DNA of 63,576 nucleotides, filler included, from Atractiella rhizophila (taxonomy: Eukaryota): assembly GCA_021432655.1 (NCBI GenBank). It is 8 parts of 8 records of this genome, joined end to end, with 100 filler letters (N's around TTAATTAATTAA, not from the genome) between each part and the next. Parts side by side here need not be neighbours in the genome. Positions count along the whole stretch, not along the records: positions 55,765 to 63,576 come from MU272194.1; 7 more parts are not named here. One strand, written 5' to 3'. A program made the position numbers and the translations under genes. Shown piece by piece: positions 62,201 to 63,576 of this stretch. The notes under the pieces are model-generated. The model was given only the letters and a program-made list of their open reading frames with translations, did no database searches and was not told the origin of the DNA. Position 1 is the first letter of the stretch; each line of letters starts with the position of its first letter.

Positions 62201-63576
62201 ATGTTTGTAAGTGCCTCGTTTGGTGACAGGACGCGTAGTCCAATGTATTTTTGACGCGTTCTGCCTGCAGGAAGCGAAACTCGAGCAGGCAGACACGTTC
62301 AAGAAGCTCCTCGATGGTCTGTAGTTACCTGCTCGCTGCTTTGGCTTATTGACGTGCATTGGCAGCTATCAAAGAACTCGTCACCGACGCGAACTTTGAG
62401 TGCTCAGAGGAGGGTATTGTGAGCCTCATTCCTTCTCCATCCAAGAGCGACACGCGTCTCACAACTGTTCGGCGCAGAAACTACAAGCCATGGACAATTC
62501 CCACGTCGCACTTGTCGCTCTCGAACTGAAAACAGAGGCTTTCCACGACTCGTATCGGTGCGATCGTAACCTTAGCCTAGGGATGAACCTGGCATCTTTG
62601 GTCAAGATTGTGAAGTGCGCTGGAACCGATGATCGTATTACCCTCAAGGCGGGAGATGATGCTGACGTGCTTAACCTGGAGTTTCATAACCCGAGTAAGT
62701 CTCATTTTTTAGCTGGAAGGATGGGAAAGCGAGTCTGTGTGTCTCATTCGGTTTCGAGTGAGATGGCTTCACCGTGTTTTATCGTTTTATGTGGATTGCT
62801 AGTTTACAAATAACAGGTGTTGTATTGAGCGCAACTTTCAAGACGCGTCATCCTTACACCCATGTTTTCACTCTTACACAAGAGGATTATTCAGTCTCTT
62901 GTTATTTCTTATTGCTTCGTCGCACTTTCAGCTCGTTTCTTTGTAGAAGGACATGCCACTCATGCTGATTGGGTAAACGCATGCAGAGAACGATCGTTGG
63001 GGTGAATACGAGCTGAAGCTCATGGATATCGACCAGGAGCACCTTGGTATCCCAGACACAAACTACGAAGCCGAGGTCGAAATGACCTCGACTGAATTTC
63101 GTCGCATAATGGCAGATCTGAAGGATATCGGCGAGTCCGTCAAGATCGAAGTCACCAAAGAAGGAATCTCATTCGCAACCGAAGGGGATGTCGGCAAGGC
63201 CGCTGTGCATTTGAAACCTACGAGCAAGGTGAAGAAAAACGATAGCGACGATGATGACGATGACGAGGACGAGGACGAGGAAAGCGAGGATGAGGATAAA
63301 AAGAGGGTCAAGAAGGAGAAGGGAATCAAGAAGGAGAAAGAGAAAAAAAGCCCGAAGAAAGCTAAGGATAGCGATGAAGAGGAGGAAGATGTCAAGCCAA
63401 ATACTCAACAGTCAGATGAGGAGATGGAAGACGTAGAGGAGGTCAAATCGAAGAAGAAAGTTTTGAAGAAGAGCAAGAAGGATTCTTCGGACGAAGAGGA
63501 GGGAGAGGGGAGCGATTCGGACGATGATGCACCGAAGTCGAAGAAGCGAAAGAGAAACTCAGGAGAAGCAGCCAAT
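62201..63576 (+). CDS. POL30: Proliferating cell nuclear antigen with a long charged insertion, 3'-truncated
   Basis: MF|EAKLEQADTFKKLLD|AIKELVTDANFEC...LQAMDNSHVALV...YRCDRNLSLG...YELKLMDIDQEHLGIP. The intron at 62695-62986 is 292 nt. Confidence 0.96.

Overview
Intron-rich fungal (basidiomycete-like) nuclear DNA; not prokaryotic, so the ORF track shows exon fragments. The window is not one locus. It is eight scaffolds of decreasing length (7942, 7898, 7880, 7852, 7838, 7832, 7822, 7812 nt) joined by identical 100-nt N44-TTAATTAATTAA-N44 spacers, so gene order across spacers is meaningless. Recognisable genes, several cut at scaffold ends: a DUF6534-like membrane protein, a Djp1/Caj1-type J protein, FIG4, ACC1, DBP10, a CAD/Adh6-type alcohol dehydrogenase, ILV1, an LtrA-like membrane protein, a GPI-type chitin deacetylase, an enoyl-reductase-like 3' end, an NPR/HAL kinase C-lobe, NTE1, a small velvet protein, NUP192/205, a PPIL3-type cyclophilin, a FunK1 kinase and PCNA. 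Most worth a second look: (1) three long introns (1019, 717, 292 nt, versus about 50 nt elsewhere), each hairpin-rich with a possible long-range helix joining its ends, one containing an H/ACA-like RNA; (2) a tandem pair of divergent DUF2431/Bmt5-like putative methyltransferases with an identically placed intron; (3) a kinase C-lobe with no N-lobe. The 2.2-kb ACC1/DBP10 duplication is probably an assembly artefact. All calls come from manual motif recognition and manual splicing or base-pairing; no searches or folding programs were run.
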